Positions 8,643 to 18,433 of a DNA stretch of 40,714 nt are shown here, piece by piece. Where the stretch lies: contig MRSU01000092.1 of the NCBI GenBank assembly GCA_008369845.1, positions 1-40,714 on the forward strand. The letters run 5' to 3'. Under the pieces are notes generated by a model. It was given only the letters and a program-made list of their open reading frames with translations, made no database searches and was not told the DNA's origin. The number at the start of each line of letters is the position of its first letter. Position 1 is the first letter of the stretch. Source of the DNA: Trichomonas gallinae (Eukaryota). The translations under genes and the position numbers were made by a program.

Positions 8643-10160
8643 ATGAGTTCCCGCGGAAGAGGAAGAGGCGGACATGGAAGAGGCGGCTCCCGTCCATCAA
8701 GACCAAGGACAGAGCTTCCACCATCACAGGTTACAGATGGCGATGTCTCCCAATTAAATGAAGCCGGAAACCCAGAAGAATCCGAACTTTATCTTAACCC
8801 AGATTGCGAGGATTTCGAACAGCTTATTCCAGAGGGTAAGTTCCCACTTAGAGCTGAAGCCCTCCAGTCTATTTACTTGACCGGAAACATCACAAGGCCA
8901 TCAATGATTCAAACACAAGCTATGCCTTATCTTTTGGAAGATAAGCCAAAGAGCATTCTCGCTCAGGCTGCTACAGGTGGTGGTAAAACACTTGCTTTTG
9001 TTCTCCCAATGTACTTGCATATTGATCCAAACAATCCGAAGTTGCAGGCCGTTTGCGTTTGCCCAATCCACGAGCTCATCAACCAGGCCTACAACTGGTT
9101 TGAGAAGATTTCTTCCATTCATCCAGTCAAGGTCGTTAAATTAATGAACACAAAGGAAGAAGGCGATGATGCACAGGCTAAATCATCAGAAATCGAGGAC
9201 TGCCAGGTCATCTTCGGCACACCAAGTGCTGTTTCAAGATTACCACTCGATATGCTCAAGTCACTCAAGATTTGCATTTTCGATGAAGCTGATAACATTT
9301 TCAATTCACAAACACACAAGAACAATGGTGTAAAGATCTTGAAGAGCTTACCAAGAGAAACATGCCGCGTTGGCTTCTTCTCTGCTACATATCCGAAACA
9401 GACAAAGATCTTCATCGAGCGCCATTGGGGTGGTGACCTTGCACCAATCACAATCCAGCGTAAGGATCAGCTTGGTAAGATCAACAACTGCTTCGTTAGA
9501 TGCCAAGAAAATCAAATCAAGGATCTCCTCATCAAGATTGCTAAGAGCATCCAGATGCAGTCCGCTTTCGTCTTCGTTGCAAGGAAGTCTGATGCTGAGG
9601 AATACGCCAAATTACTTAACGATAATGGATTCACAGCCAAGACATTGCACTCTGACTTACCAACAGATATTCGTAACCAGAACCTCAAGGACTTCGCAAA
9701 TGGCGATGTTAAGTTCCTTGTTACAGTTAACATTTTCGGCCGTGGTATCGATATCCCAAGTGCTACACACGTTTTCAACATTAAGCTTCCATTCCCAGAA
9801 AAAGTCACTAAAAAGATCAACGGCAAAGAAGTTACAAAGAAATTCACAGATATCGACTCTTATGTTCACCGTGCTGGCCGTGCAGGCAGATTCGGAAACC
9901 ACGGTGTTTGCTTCACATTTATTACAACCGATAAAGATTACCAATCACTCTGCCGCATCAGCAGATACCTTAGCATCGAATTCAAGAGAATCCCAATCGA
10001 GCAAATCACAACAAACATCGAGAATGGTCAGGCTATTACAGAACAGGAACTTGACGAGCAGGTAAAGGATGAGGATCCAGAAACATTAGCTCAAGAGGCA
10101 CCAGCCGAGGAAACACCTGCTGCTGTAACACCAGCTGAACCAGCACCAGCTGCTGAATAA
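8643..10160 (+). CDS. DBP5: DEAD-box RNA helicase, Dbp5/DDX19-like, with N-terminal RGG and acidic tail
   Basis: Q motif PSMIQ, AQAATGGGKT, DEAD, FFSAT, RGIDIP and YVHRAGRAGRFG (GRFG as in the Dbp5/eIF4A group). Confidence 0.85.
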   Translation: MSSRGRGRGGHGRGGSRPSRPRTELPPSQVTDGDVSQLNEAGNPEESELYLNPDCEDFEQLIPEGKFPLRAEALQSIYLTGNITRPSMIQTQAMPYLLEDKPKSILAQAATGGGKTLAFVLPMYLHIDPNNPKLQAVCVCPIHELINQAYNWFEKISSIHPVKVVKLMNTKEEGDDAQAKSSEIEDCQVIFGTPSAVSRLPLDMLKSLKICIFDEADNIFNSQTHKNNGVKILKSLPRETCRVGFFSATYPKQTKIFIERHWGGDLAPITIQRKDQLGKINNCFVRCQENQIKDLLIKIAKSIQMQSAFVFVARKSDAEEYAKLLNDNGFTAKTLHSDLPTDIRNQNLKDFANGDVKFLVTVNIFGRGIDIPSATHVFNIKLPFPEKVTKKINGKEVTKKFTDIDSYVHRAGRAGRFGNHGVCFTFITTDKDYQSLCRISRYLSIEFKRIPIEQITTNIENGQAITEQELDEQVKDEDPETLAQEAPAEETPAAVTPAEPAPAAE

Positions 10161-10205
10161 ATAAAATATTTTTTCTGATTAATTTTAATAAACAAACAAA
10201 GTATT

Positions 10206-10571
10206 TTATATAAATCTTGATTGAAGTCCTCCAGACTTAAAACTATTGAATCTGGCGTCGATATTTTTCACTCTTTCAGCTCTGGATGGCTGCTGATTTC
10301 CAAATTTTCGAACTTCGAATCCATTGTAATTTTTTACTTCTTCATTTTGCTTGACTTCAACAGATTTAAAGTATTTATCTATTTCTACTTGCTGAAATTC
10401 TGCTATAGAATCGATGAGTGCTTTCTGATTTTTGGCCAAACTAACATGATGCTGCGCAGCATCCGCTAAAGCATACATACAGTATGCATTAAGATTTCCA
10501 TTCTCATATGCCATATAAAAACTGGCTTCAGCTTTATTTTTATCCTCATAATCAGGATATTCTGTTTCCAT
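10206..10571 (-). CDS. Hypothetical 121-aa protein
   Basis: ATG-initiated ORF with coding-like composition, flanked by AT-rich DNA. No family recognised. Confidence 0.75.
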   Translation of the reverse strand: METEYPDYEDKNKAEASFYMAYENGNLNAYCMYALADAAQHHVSLAKNQKALIDSIAEFQQVEIDKYFKSVEVKQNEEVKNYNGFEVRKFGNQQPSRAERVKNIDARFNSFKSGGLQSRFI

Positions 10572-10597
10572 AATTAAAGTATACGTTTATTAATTTC

Positions 10598-10762
10598 TTT
10601 TGACAAGTAAACATTATATTTGCCAAATAAAACAATCTATTTGCCAAATAGATTATATATAGTCAAATACTATCCCTTTTGCCATATAAACTCTTAATTT
10701 GTCATGTAAATTATTTTTATTATATGATTTTTGCCATGTAAAAGTAATATTTGTCATGCAAT
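10598..10762 (+). promoter_or_regulatory. Array of eight TTTG(A/C/T)CANRTAAA-like motifs at ~20-bp period in a divergent promoter
   Basis: Motif cores start at 10601, 10621, 10642, 10661 (degenerate), 10680, 10700, 10732 and 10752. Confidence 0.7.
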
Positions 10763-10770
10763 ATATAATA

Positions 10771-11316
10771 ATGATGAAAGATTCAGATTTGATTGCATGG
10801 CTAAACGAATCTACTGGTGGGCAGCTTCAGTCATTCAAAGATGCTTCAACTGGTAGAGAAATATGTTTCGTACTCGCTGATCTTGCAGAAGATCGAAAAA
10901 GCAAGAAAATGGTAACATTTGGAAAAACCGTTGAAGAGAAAGAAGCGAATTTCGAAATTGCTAGCCACATATTCGACCATCTGGGTTTGACATTTTCTTA
11001 TGATATCAACTTGTTAGTTCAAGGCGATAAGAATGAAATCAAAAATTTGATACAAGAAATAGTTTCATTATCAAATGACGCAGAAAATGATATAGATGAC
11101 TTGTTACAAACACTCGAAAATGATCTAAAAGAAAAATTGGAAGAAGCGCAACAACAAACTAAACAACTGGATGAAATAGCTCAAGAAAGAGACTTTTACT
11201 TTGATAAACTTCGAAGAATTGAAGAAGCTGCTCGTCGTTATCCACCAGACGTCAACGATTCAATTCTCAAAATTTTATCTCTCAAGGCTCCTGAAATTCT
11301 ACCCGAAGATCAGTAA
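10771..11316 (+). CDS. EB1: EB1/Bim1 microtubule end-binding family protein
   Basis: CH-like N-terminus (DLIAWLN..TG..EANF) and EBH motif ERDFYFDKLRRIE. Start moved to ATG 10771 because the upstream in-frame part is the promoter motif array. Confidence 0.9.
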   Translation: MMKDSDLIAWLNESTGGQLQSFKDASTGREICFVLADLAEDRKSKKMVTFGKTVEEKEANFEIASHIFDHLGLTFSYDINLLVQGDKNEIKNLIQEIVSLSNDAENDIDDLLQTLENDLKEKLEEAQQQTKQLDEIAQERDFYFDKLRRIEEAARRYPPDVNDSILKILSLKAPEILPEDQ

Positions 11317-11835
11317 CTCTTACTTGCTAATCTCTGTTTGTATATATTTAAACATATTTTATGCAATTCATATTTTTTTTATCAAATTTCAAATTTGAAA
11401 CTAAAGCATTAAGTCTACCATTATATTTGATGTGTAAGAGGTCAATATTATATTAATATTATATAATCAAGAAATATTACATTCGCAAACATATATATCA
11501 AAGATAGACATAATTTATTTATATCATGCATTTGTAGTAATACATATAGTATTATTGTATGGTATAGGAAGTTAAGTGAAACTGTTTCTCTAAGTTGAAC
11601 TTAAATATATGTAAGCGAGTATGTGAAAGCTGAAGACAAGCAATTTATCCTATAGAAATTCAACAAAAACAGGCTCAGTCTAAGGCATTATCATAGATAA
11701 TCGAGTTTGATTTTTATGACATGTAATTATTTTTATATGTCAAAATTAAAAAAGATGACATGTAATTAAGATTTGTCATGTAATCAAATTTTGAGAAGAC
11801 GATGAGAATAAAAGTGACAAAGTGGGTCACTTTTA

Positions 11836-12357
11836 ATGATAAGCAAGCGTCCAAATTGCTTTTTTGATGTAAATATCAATGGAAAAGCAGCAGGAAGAAT
11901 CATATTCGAACTGTTCAACGACATTGTTCCAAAGACATCCGAGAACTTCCGAGCTCTCTGCACTGGAGAAAAAGGAAAAGGAAAATCCGGATTGCCACTA
12001 CATTACAAAGGATCACCATTTCATCGTATAATTCCTAATTTCATGATTCAGGGCGGAGATTTCACCAACTTTAACGGAACTGGAGGTGAATCAATTTATG
12101 GTACCTTCTTTAAAGACGAGAATTTCCATGTGAAACATGACGAACCATATATGCTTTCAATGGCCAACGCAGGACAAAACACGAACGGAAGCCAATTTTT
12201 CATCACAACAACGAAAACACCTTGGTTGGATGGAGAGCATGTTGCTTTCGGACGTGTTATCGATGGAAAGGATATCGTCAGCGAAATCGAGTCCTATGGA
12301 ACAGAAGATGGCAAACCGAAAGCATTATGCGAGATTGCCGATTGCGGCCAGTTATAA
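11836..12357 (+). CDS. Cyclophilin-type peptidyl-prolyl isomerase (single domain, loop-insert type)
   Basis: [51 protein letters not shown] and [10 protein letters not shown]. Confidence 0.98.
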   Translation: MISKRPNCFFDVNINGKAAGRIIFELFNDIVPKTSENFRALCTGEKGKGKSGLPLHYKGSPFHRIIPNFMIQGGDFTNFNGTGGESIYGTFFKDENFHVKHDEPYMLSMANAGQNTNGSQFFITTTKTPWLDGEHVAFGRVIDGKDIVSEIESYGTEDGKPKALCEIADCGQL

Positions 12358-12862
12358 TAATTGGTTTATGTATATTATGTATTTAAGTTGAATAATGACA
12401 ATTCAATTTTTTGTTGAATATTGACAAATTTTATTAAACAAATATCTTTCGATATTCGTTTTAATCTAATGACTACTTACCATAACATAACCACTTCCTC
12501 CATGTTAACATGAGTTAAATATTTTTTATTTAATCACAGCAGCACAAATAATTCAAAAATGAATTACATGAGTTAAATATATGATGGTATTTTGCCGATG
12601 AAGAAACATCTTAAAAATATCAAAATATTTTTTATATCATTGCAGCATTTAATAAGATAAGATGATTCAAATAGCCACAAACCTTGAATTTTTATATAGA
12701 GAAGAACTCAAATTCTTGTATTTTAAGTAATAACAGAAGATTGAATATTTACATTACATAATTTTGAATGTTTTTGCCATGTAAATGAATTAAAATTTGA
12801 CATGTATCGAAAAAGTGTCAAATCTTATCTTTTTATCTTAATTTACAAAAATTGACAATCCA

Positions 12863-14251
12863 ATGTTTGCACTTTTAACTTATTTATGCGCATCTAACTA
12901 CACATACAACGTTGTTATTGATGCAGGTTCGAATGCAAAGATGTACATTTTCAAGGTGCCATATAATGAGACGACAAACAAAATAGAAAAAGTTTATGTA
13001 TCGAGCTCAAATAAAAACACACTCGCAGATGCATTTTACGATGATAGAATTATTCCAGCAATCTTCGACCCCCTCCTCAACGAGTCAATGTATAAAATTC
13101 GCGATGATATGCAAGATCAAACATTCGATAACTGGTCACAAGTCCTTCTTTTCGTTGCTGGAACATCAGCAATGAGAGAACTCGATGACGATGACCGCTT
13201 CGAGGTGCAAAATAAGACAGTCGATTATCTTAAAGAAAAATTCAATTTCACTATCATGAGTGTAACAACATTATCGACAAGAGAAGAGGGTGTTTACACT
13301 TTCATCGCTGTCAACACTGCTATGAACGCTACGGACAAGCGCTATTCCGTTCTCGGCCTTTCAGGAGGAAATAATTTTGTTGTTACAGACGAAAGCAACG
13401 GAATTTTCGATTTAGAGACAGTCGTCATCAACAATATTAAGGTTAACACATACATTTTCACATACCCACAATATTCAACGAGAAAATTAATCAATAACTA
13501 TACAATGACAATGGCAAGCATTGCTGGCCAGGCAAACATCTCATCCACATGCTTCCTCAAGGGCAGCCAGCCGGACGAATCGGCAATCATCCAAGTAACA
13601 GGCACAGGAAATTATACAAATTGCAACGAATCTATTTCGAATTATACTCTTTGGTTCCAACCATTCTTCGGCTTTGAGCAAGGATATTTCTTCGATAAAA
13701 TACAGAGGCCAAAGCTCCCATCCGAGGCGAAATTTGTTGCCACGGGCGACAGCTACGCTTCTAACTTTGCTGGACTCTTCGAAGCACTTAAGGATCAAAT
13801 CCCAGAAATGGACGGCTTCGAAAACATCACAATGGAGAACTTTATCAATGCAACCGATAAATATTGCGCAATGACACTCGAAGAAGTCAAAGCTAAAGTC
13901 ACAAATATCCCAGATAACTACTTAGCACAGGACTGCTTGGAAATGGCCCTCCAGTCAAGAATGCTTAAATACGGATATAGAATGAAAGATGATCAGGTCT
14001 TAAGACTCTCCGAATATGATGGCCTTCCTCTCGGCTGGCAGCTCGGCTTAGTCGCATATTTCTATTCACCTACAGTTCATCCAGTTAATGCAAAATTATG
14101 GCTCAGTGTCGCTATCGCTTTACTGATCCTTCTTATCATCATTATTGTTATCTGTGTTATTATCTGCAAGTGTGTGAAGAAGCACAAGCAAGAAGCCGCA
14201 ATGCAGCAGAATTACGTTGATCCAGCTGCTTTTGATGTCTTAGATGAGTAA
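12863..14251 (+). CDS. GDA1/CD39 NTPDase (apyrase) family, signal peptide + C-terminal TM; degenerate motifs
   Basis: ACR1 VIDAGS, ACR2 GTSAMR, ACR3 REEGVYTFIAVN, ACR5 GWQLG, TGNYTNC and a C-terminal TM helix. Confidence 0.85.
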   Translation: MFALLTYLCASNYTYNVVIDAGSNAKMYIFKVPYNETTNKIEKVYVSSSNKNTLADAFYDDRIIPAIFDPLLNESMYKIRDDMQDQTFDNWSQVLLFVAGTSAMRELDDDDRFEVQNKTVDYLKEKFNFTIMSVTTLSTREEGVYTFIAVNTAMNATDKRYSVLGLSGGNNFVVTDESNGIFDLETVVINNIKVNTYIFTYPQYSTRKLINNYTMTMASIAGQANISSTCFLKGSQPDESAIIQVTGTGNYTNCNESISNYTLWFQPFFGFEQGYFFDKIQRPKLPSEAKFVATGDSYASNFAGLFEALKDQIPEMDGFENITMENFINATDKYCAMTLEEVKAKVTNIPDNYLAQDCLEMALQSRMLKYGYRMKDDQVLRLSEYDGLPLGWQLGLVAYFYSPTVHPVNAKLWLSVAIALLILLIIIIVICVIICKCVKKHKQEAAMQQNYVDPAAFDVLDE

Positions 14252-14704
14252 TTTTTACATTTAATTTTTTTTATTTACTATTTATGAAAACTAAACCAAT
14301 TAATTTTTAATTTGATATTTTTTTTCCCCAAAATTAAACGGAAAAACATGAAGTTATATGCTTTTATTGATCTAAATATCCATTATATTATAGCATTTAT
14401 CATTTTAATTCGAAAGATTTATAAATCAAAAATATCTCAAAAATTATAATGATAAGATAACTTTAATAATTATCAGTATTTACAATTATAAACAGCTAAA
14501 TGAAATAGTAAAGTATTAAATAATAAAAATCAATATTCATTGCAAAATTCGAAAAATTATTACAAATAATTGCTAAAAATCGCCTATAATTTTGCATATG
14601 AAGTTATATTATGATATAGACACTGGATTTCATATATTAAGCTTCACATTCGCAAAAAAATTTTATAATTTTTTATTAATAATAACATTACAAAATAAAT
14701 AAAG

Positions 14705-15136
14705 TTATTGCTCCTCCTGAAGCTCCTTCTTAAGTTTCTCTTCGATAATTTGAACTAAGAAAGGAGTTCTATCATAAGATGGAAAACCTAAAGCAGTACC
14801 AAGATCTTCACGATCAAGTGGGAACTCTGGACATTGACTTTCGTATTTTAACACATTAGATGTGAAATTAAAACCTGCTGATTGCAAGAATTCTTGGATT
14901 AACATATATCTTACATCTTCTTCTGTCGTTGTAGATAAATCAAGTGAAATACGCGGAAAATCTTTCAATGGTGGCTGATTTTCATCCAATAAGTGACGAG
15001 CAGCAATTCTAGCCATTTCAGAAGCGTCACTCTGTATTTCTTCGTCAATACCCTGCTTACTGACCCACCTCTTTATCTCCTCAATGACTTCTTTCGTTGT
15101 TCCTTCAGCTAAATTATCAATAATCTGATGTTGCAT
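14705..15136 (-). CDS. Small LisH-motif protein (FOP/TON1/OFD1-like, possibly basal-body associated)
   Basis: LIQEFLQSAGFNFTSNVLKYES followed by DREDLGTALG..TPFLVQII. Start set at the first ATG (the track start at 15178 is TTG). Confidence 0.75.
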   Translation of the reverse strand: MQHQIIDNLAEGTTKEVIEEIKRWVSKQGIDEEIQSDASEMARIAARHLLDENQPPLKDFPRISLDLSTTTEEDVRYMLIQEFLQSAGFNFTSNVLKYESQCPEFPLDREDLGTALGFPSYDRTPFLVQIIEEKLKKELQEEQ

Positions 15137-15207
15137 TTTTTTCTGAATAAAACGTGACAATTTTACAAAAAGTGACAAAGACGTTTAACTAAAATTTTTC
15201 CTTATAT

Positions 15208-16581
15208 ATGAGTTTTAAAGAATTACTTGGTGTTAAGAAAACTTTTACAGCTGAGGATGATTACATACAGCTATATGATAAGGAGCCTTCGAACGATATA
15301 TCTATCAATGATTTGATCGAATTCGGTTATTACAGGAGCCAATGTCATCAAGAAATCAATGATCTCGAAAACGGAATCGAAAAGAAAGAACAATTCGAGC
15401 GAATCCTCACTAAATATGGTATCCCAATTAGACGTCCACGTGATGGAGTCTTCAATCCTTCGAATTCAAATATGCCAAATTTCGAATGTGGCCCTGTTAC
15501 CAAACAATTCCTTGATGAAATGTCGTTTTATTCGTTTTTGATCATCTCACTTAGGTCAGACGAAACGCAGCACAAGTTTGTTAAGATCGAATCTGATATC
15601 TTTCGCGCTAGAATTCGTTACGCGTTGGATACACATGTAAAACTTCATGAAGTCGATGGAGAACAGTTTAAGTTCCCCAAAGAGCTCCTACAAATACCAA
15701 AACCTGAATTAGACTTGAATCAATACTACAATCATAAGAAGAGAGTTTATTCGATTCCTTTCGAACTGATTTTCGAGTTCATTAACGTTTACACTTGCAA
15801 TCTTGAAGATGGCTACGTTGAAGTTGCTCCAACAGAATTAGATTCATTTTTCACGAAGTTATATCAGATTTACCTCGAAAAGAAGATTGCTCGCTACAGG
15901 TCTATGAAAGTGCACTCATCAGATCTCACAAAAATCGCAATCACGATGTTCGATGAAAGAGCTGGCAGTTTTGTCGCGAAAACACGTCAAAACTTCGGTC
16001 GTGTCACTCTTAGCGACATGGAGGCAGTCATCCGCTCATTCCCTCCATGCATGAGATCAATGTACGACGCTTTGAAGCGAAATCACAAATTATTCCACGC
16101 AGGAAGACTCCAATTCGGACTCTACCTGAAGGGAATCGGTTTGACTATGGATGAGTCCCTCAAATTCTGGAGGTCAGAGTTCACAAAAGCAATTTCTCTC
16201 GACGATTTCGAAAAACATTACGCTTATAACATCAGACACACATACGGCAAGGAAGGTGCAGGCAAGAATCTCAGTGCCTATTCATGTGCTGGCATTCTCA
16301 AGCAGCCATCTCCAGCTTCTGGGCAAACTCACGGCTGCCCATTCAAGATGATGCAGCTCCAGCAACTTGAGGCGCTCATCAAAGAGATAAACCCTGAGAT
16401 TCCAGGCAAGATCATGGCAGAGATCAATGCTAAAGCCCGCGAAAATCCAGGTGTCGCATGTGCTTTGTTATTCAACTCTCTTCATCCCGATCATGAGCTC
16501 GATGAAACAGGCGTCTTCCATCCTAATGTTTATTTCAATGAGAGTGAAGAGCGCTACATTCAGAAGGATAAGAAGCAATAA
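15208..16581 (+). CDS. PRI2: DNA primase large (regulatory, Fe-S) subunit
   Basis: FPPCM, HAGRLQFGLYLKGIG, YNIRHTYGKEG, YSC, HGCPF, VAC and HPNVYF. All four cluster Cys are present. Confidence 0.97.
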   Translation: MSFKELLGVKKTFTAEDDYIQLYDKEPSNDISINDLIEFGYYRSQCHQEINDLENGIEKKEQFERILTKYGIPIRRPRDGVFNPSNSNMPNFECGPVTKQFLDEMSFYSFLIISLRSDETQHKFVKIESDIFRARIRYALDTHVKLHEVDGEQFKFPKELLQIPKPELDLNQYYNHKKRVYSIPFELIFEFINVYTCNLEDGYVEVAPTELDSFFTKLYQIYLEKKIARYRSMKVHSSDLTKIAITMFDERAGSFVAKTRQNFGRVTLSDMEAVIRSFPPCMRSMYDALKRNHKLFHAGRLQFGLYLKGIGLTMDESLKFWRSEFTKAISLDDFEKHYAYNIRHTYGKEGAGKNLSAYSCAGILKQPSPASGQTHGCPFKMMQLQQLEALIKEINPEIPGKIMAEINAKARENPGVACALLFNSLHPDHELDETGVFHPNVYFNESEERYIQKDKKQ

Positions 16582-17124
16582 AGAATAATATTATATATAT
16601 ATATATTATAATCACTAAATGTGAAACTCAATCTAGTATAAATTAATGGATCCATGTGCGTGGAATAGTTTTAAGGCAATAAAGATGATAATAGAGCCCT
16701 GTCAAATCTCAGTTATAATGATGTTCCTTATCTGACAATGGATAATGATATTATATATTTTGTTTATTTGAGGGTTTTGATGAAATATTATTTTCTGCCA
16801 TGTAAATTTTTATTCGACATTTTCATATTTTACATGTCAGATAATAGTTTACACGACATAATATAAGCCTAATTTTCATGCACCTAAGTCAAATAAAAGA
16901 GTTAATATGATTTACATTCTCTTTACTTGCTGCTTAAATAATGGCTCGAATTTTATCAATAAATGAACTAATTTTATACGATTCGATTGATATTTTGTTT
17001 TTTATTATATTAGGAGATTTGAATTAAACAATGTAATGCTTAGCTGTGAATGTTTAATGTGGAAATTGCAATGTGAGAGTTAAATATTATCAAATTTTAT
17101 TTCGAACAAGATATATAAATGGTA

Positions 17125-17778
17125 TTAGCAATACAAGTAGGTGCTGACAAATGTCCAGAGGCTTCCTCCTAAAACGAATAAATGCCAAATCGCATGCGTG
17201 TAAGGAATCTGCCATCTAGCAAAGAACATTGTACCGAGTGTATATGAAATACCAGCCATAAATAAGAAGTATAGACCATGCGGATCGAAGTTTCTGATGA
17301 GAGTGCCTAATGTTGAAATAACCAACCAGCCCATAACGATGTAGTACAGCAAAGAGATTGTGTCAACATAGTCAAACCACAGAATCTTCATTAGAATTCC
17401 TATTGCTGCGTACGACCAAATTACGATTAATAAAAGAGTTCCATTTGAATCAGCTAAAACGGTAAGACAGTATGGTGCGTAGCTGCCTGCAATTAAAAGA
17501 TAAATAGAACAGTGGTCTCCGTATCTCATAACCTTTTTGAGTTTTTCGTTTTTGACGCCGTGATAAAGAGTCGAAACTGTATATAATATGAACGCTGATA
17601 GACAGAAAATTGCCATTCCAATCGCTTTCATCTTATCAAAATTTTTAACTTGCTGAATAATCACCAAAATTGATGCGATTACAGAAAATACGATGCCAAA
17701 CGCATGAGTAATCCAACTCGCTCGCTCCTCGCCCGGTTCCCAGGCAGGAAGTTCCTTCATAGGGATGAAAATCGGCAT
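17125..17778 (-). CDS. Hemolysin-III / PAQR family 7-TM protein (bacterial YqfA-like)
   Basis: EERASWITH, STLYH, DHCSIYLLIAGSYAP, YIVMGW and HAIWHLFVLGG. Confidence 0.95.
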   Translation of the reverse strand: MPIFIPMKELPAWEPGEERASWITHAFGIVFSVIASILVIIQQVKNFDKMKAIGMAIFCLSAFILYTVSTLYHGVKNEKLKKVMRYGDHCSIYLLIAGSYAPYCLTVLADSNGTLLLIVIWSYAAIGILMKILWFDYVDTISLLYYIVMGWLVISTLGTLIRNFDPHGLYFLFMAGISYTLGTMFFARWQIPYTHAIWHLFVLGGSLWTFVSTYLYC

Positions 17779-18433
17779 TTTAAATTCTGTACAGACATGT
17801 GATATGATGATGATCTAAAATTGAATCATCTTAAAATTTATAAAAGTGTCATTAAAAGTGACAAACACTACGACTCTTTCAACAAATTATTTTTGCAATC
17901 TAGATTCATATTCGTCAATAACATTTGTTTATTATTATAGTAAGAGACTCTTATCTCAATTGCTGTTATAATGAAATATCTTGAAATTGCTCAATATTTT
18001 GTTAATCATATGAAATAAAAATAACAATACATTCCAAATCTTGAAAATTTAATTTGTTACATACGGATTGGTAAGGAGTAACCAACTTTTTGAAATATGT
18101 TTTTTTTTTCACGACATTCATATATTTCGAACATCTGGGTCATATTTTTATCTTCGGAACTTAGATATATAACAGTAATAGCTATGTTTATGCTATACTT
18201 CCAAAAATTACATAAAAATCACTAATTTAGAAATCAGAAATGTTCAATCAATAGCAAAAACTATTCTATGTTAACACATTTTGATACTAATACACAGTGT
18301 TGTTAATAATTCATATGAATTACGTATGAAGATAATTGTATGAAATATTCTATAATATTCATTTAAAAAATGGTATTTTACAAACATATTATAAACAATT
18401 ATAATCCCATAAAGAAGCATATTATTAGTATGA

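Noticed and set aside
8901..10065. Overlapping alternative-frame and antisense ORFs in the helicase
   Set aside because: Shadow ORFs from biased codon usage with no recognisable motifs.
10699..10770. N-terminal extension of EB1 in the ORF track (similarly 20459-20542 and 15137-15178)
   Set aside because: These stretches are promoter motif arrays that happen to be stop-free, and homology or coding-like composition begins at the downstream ATG.
16685..16735. C/D-box snoRNA-like string (ATGATAA...ATGATG...CTGA)
   Set aside because: Imperfect C box, only ~50 nt, no terminal stem and no verifiable rRNA guide.
18285..18296. ACTAATACACAG, one mismatch from the trichomonad branch/3' splice motif
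   Set aside because: No GTAYGT donor or + strand gene nearby. No convincing intron was found in the window.
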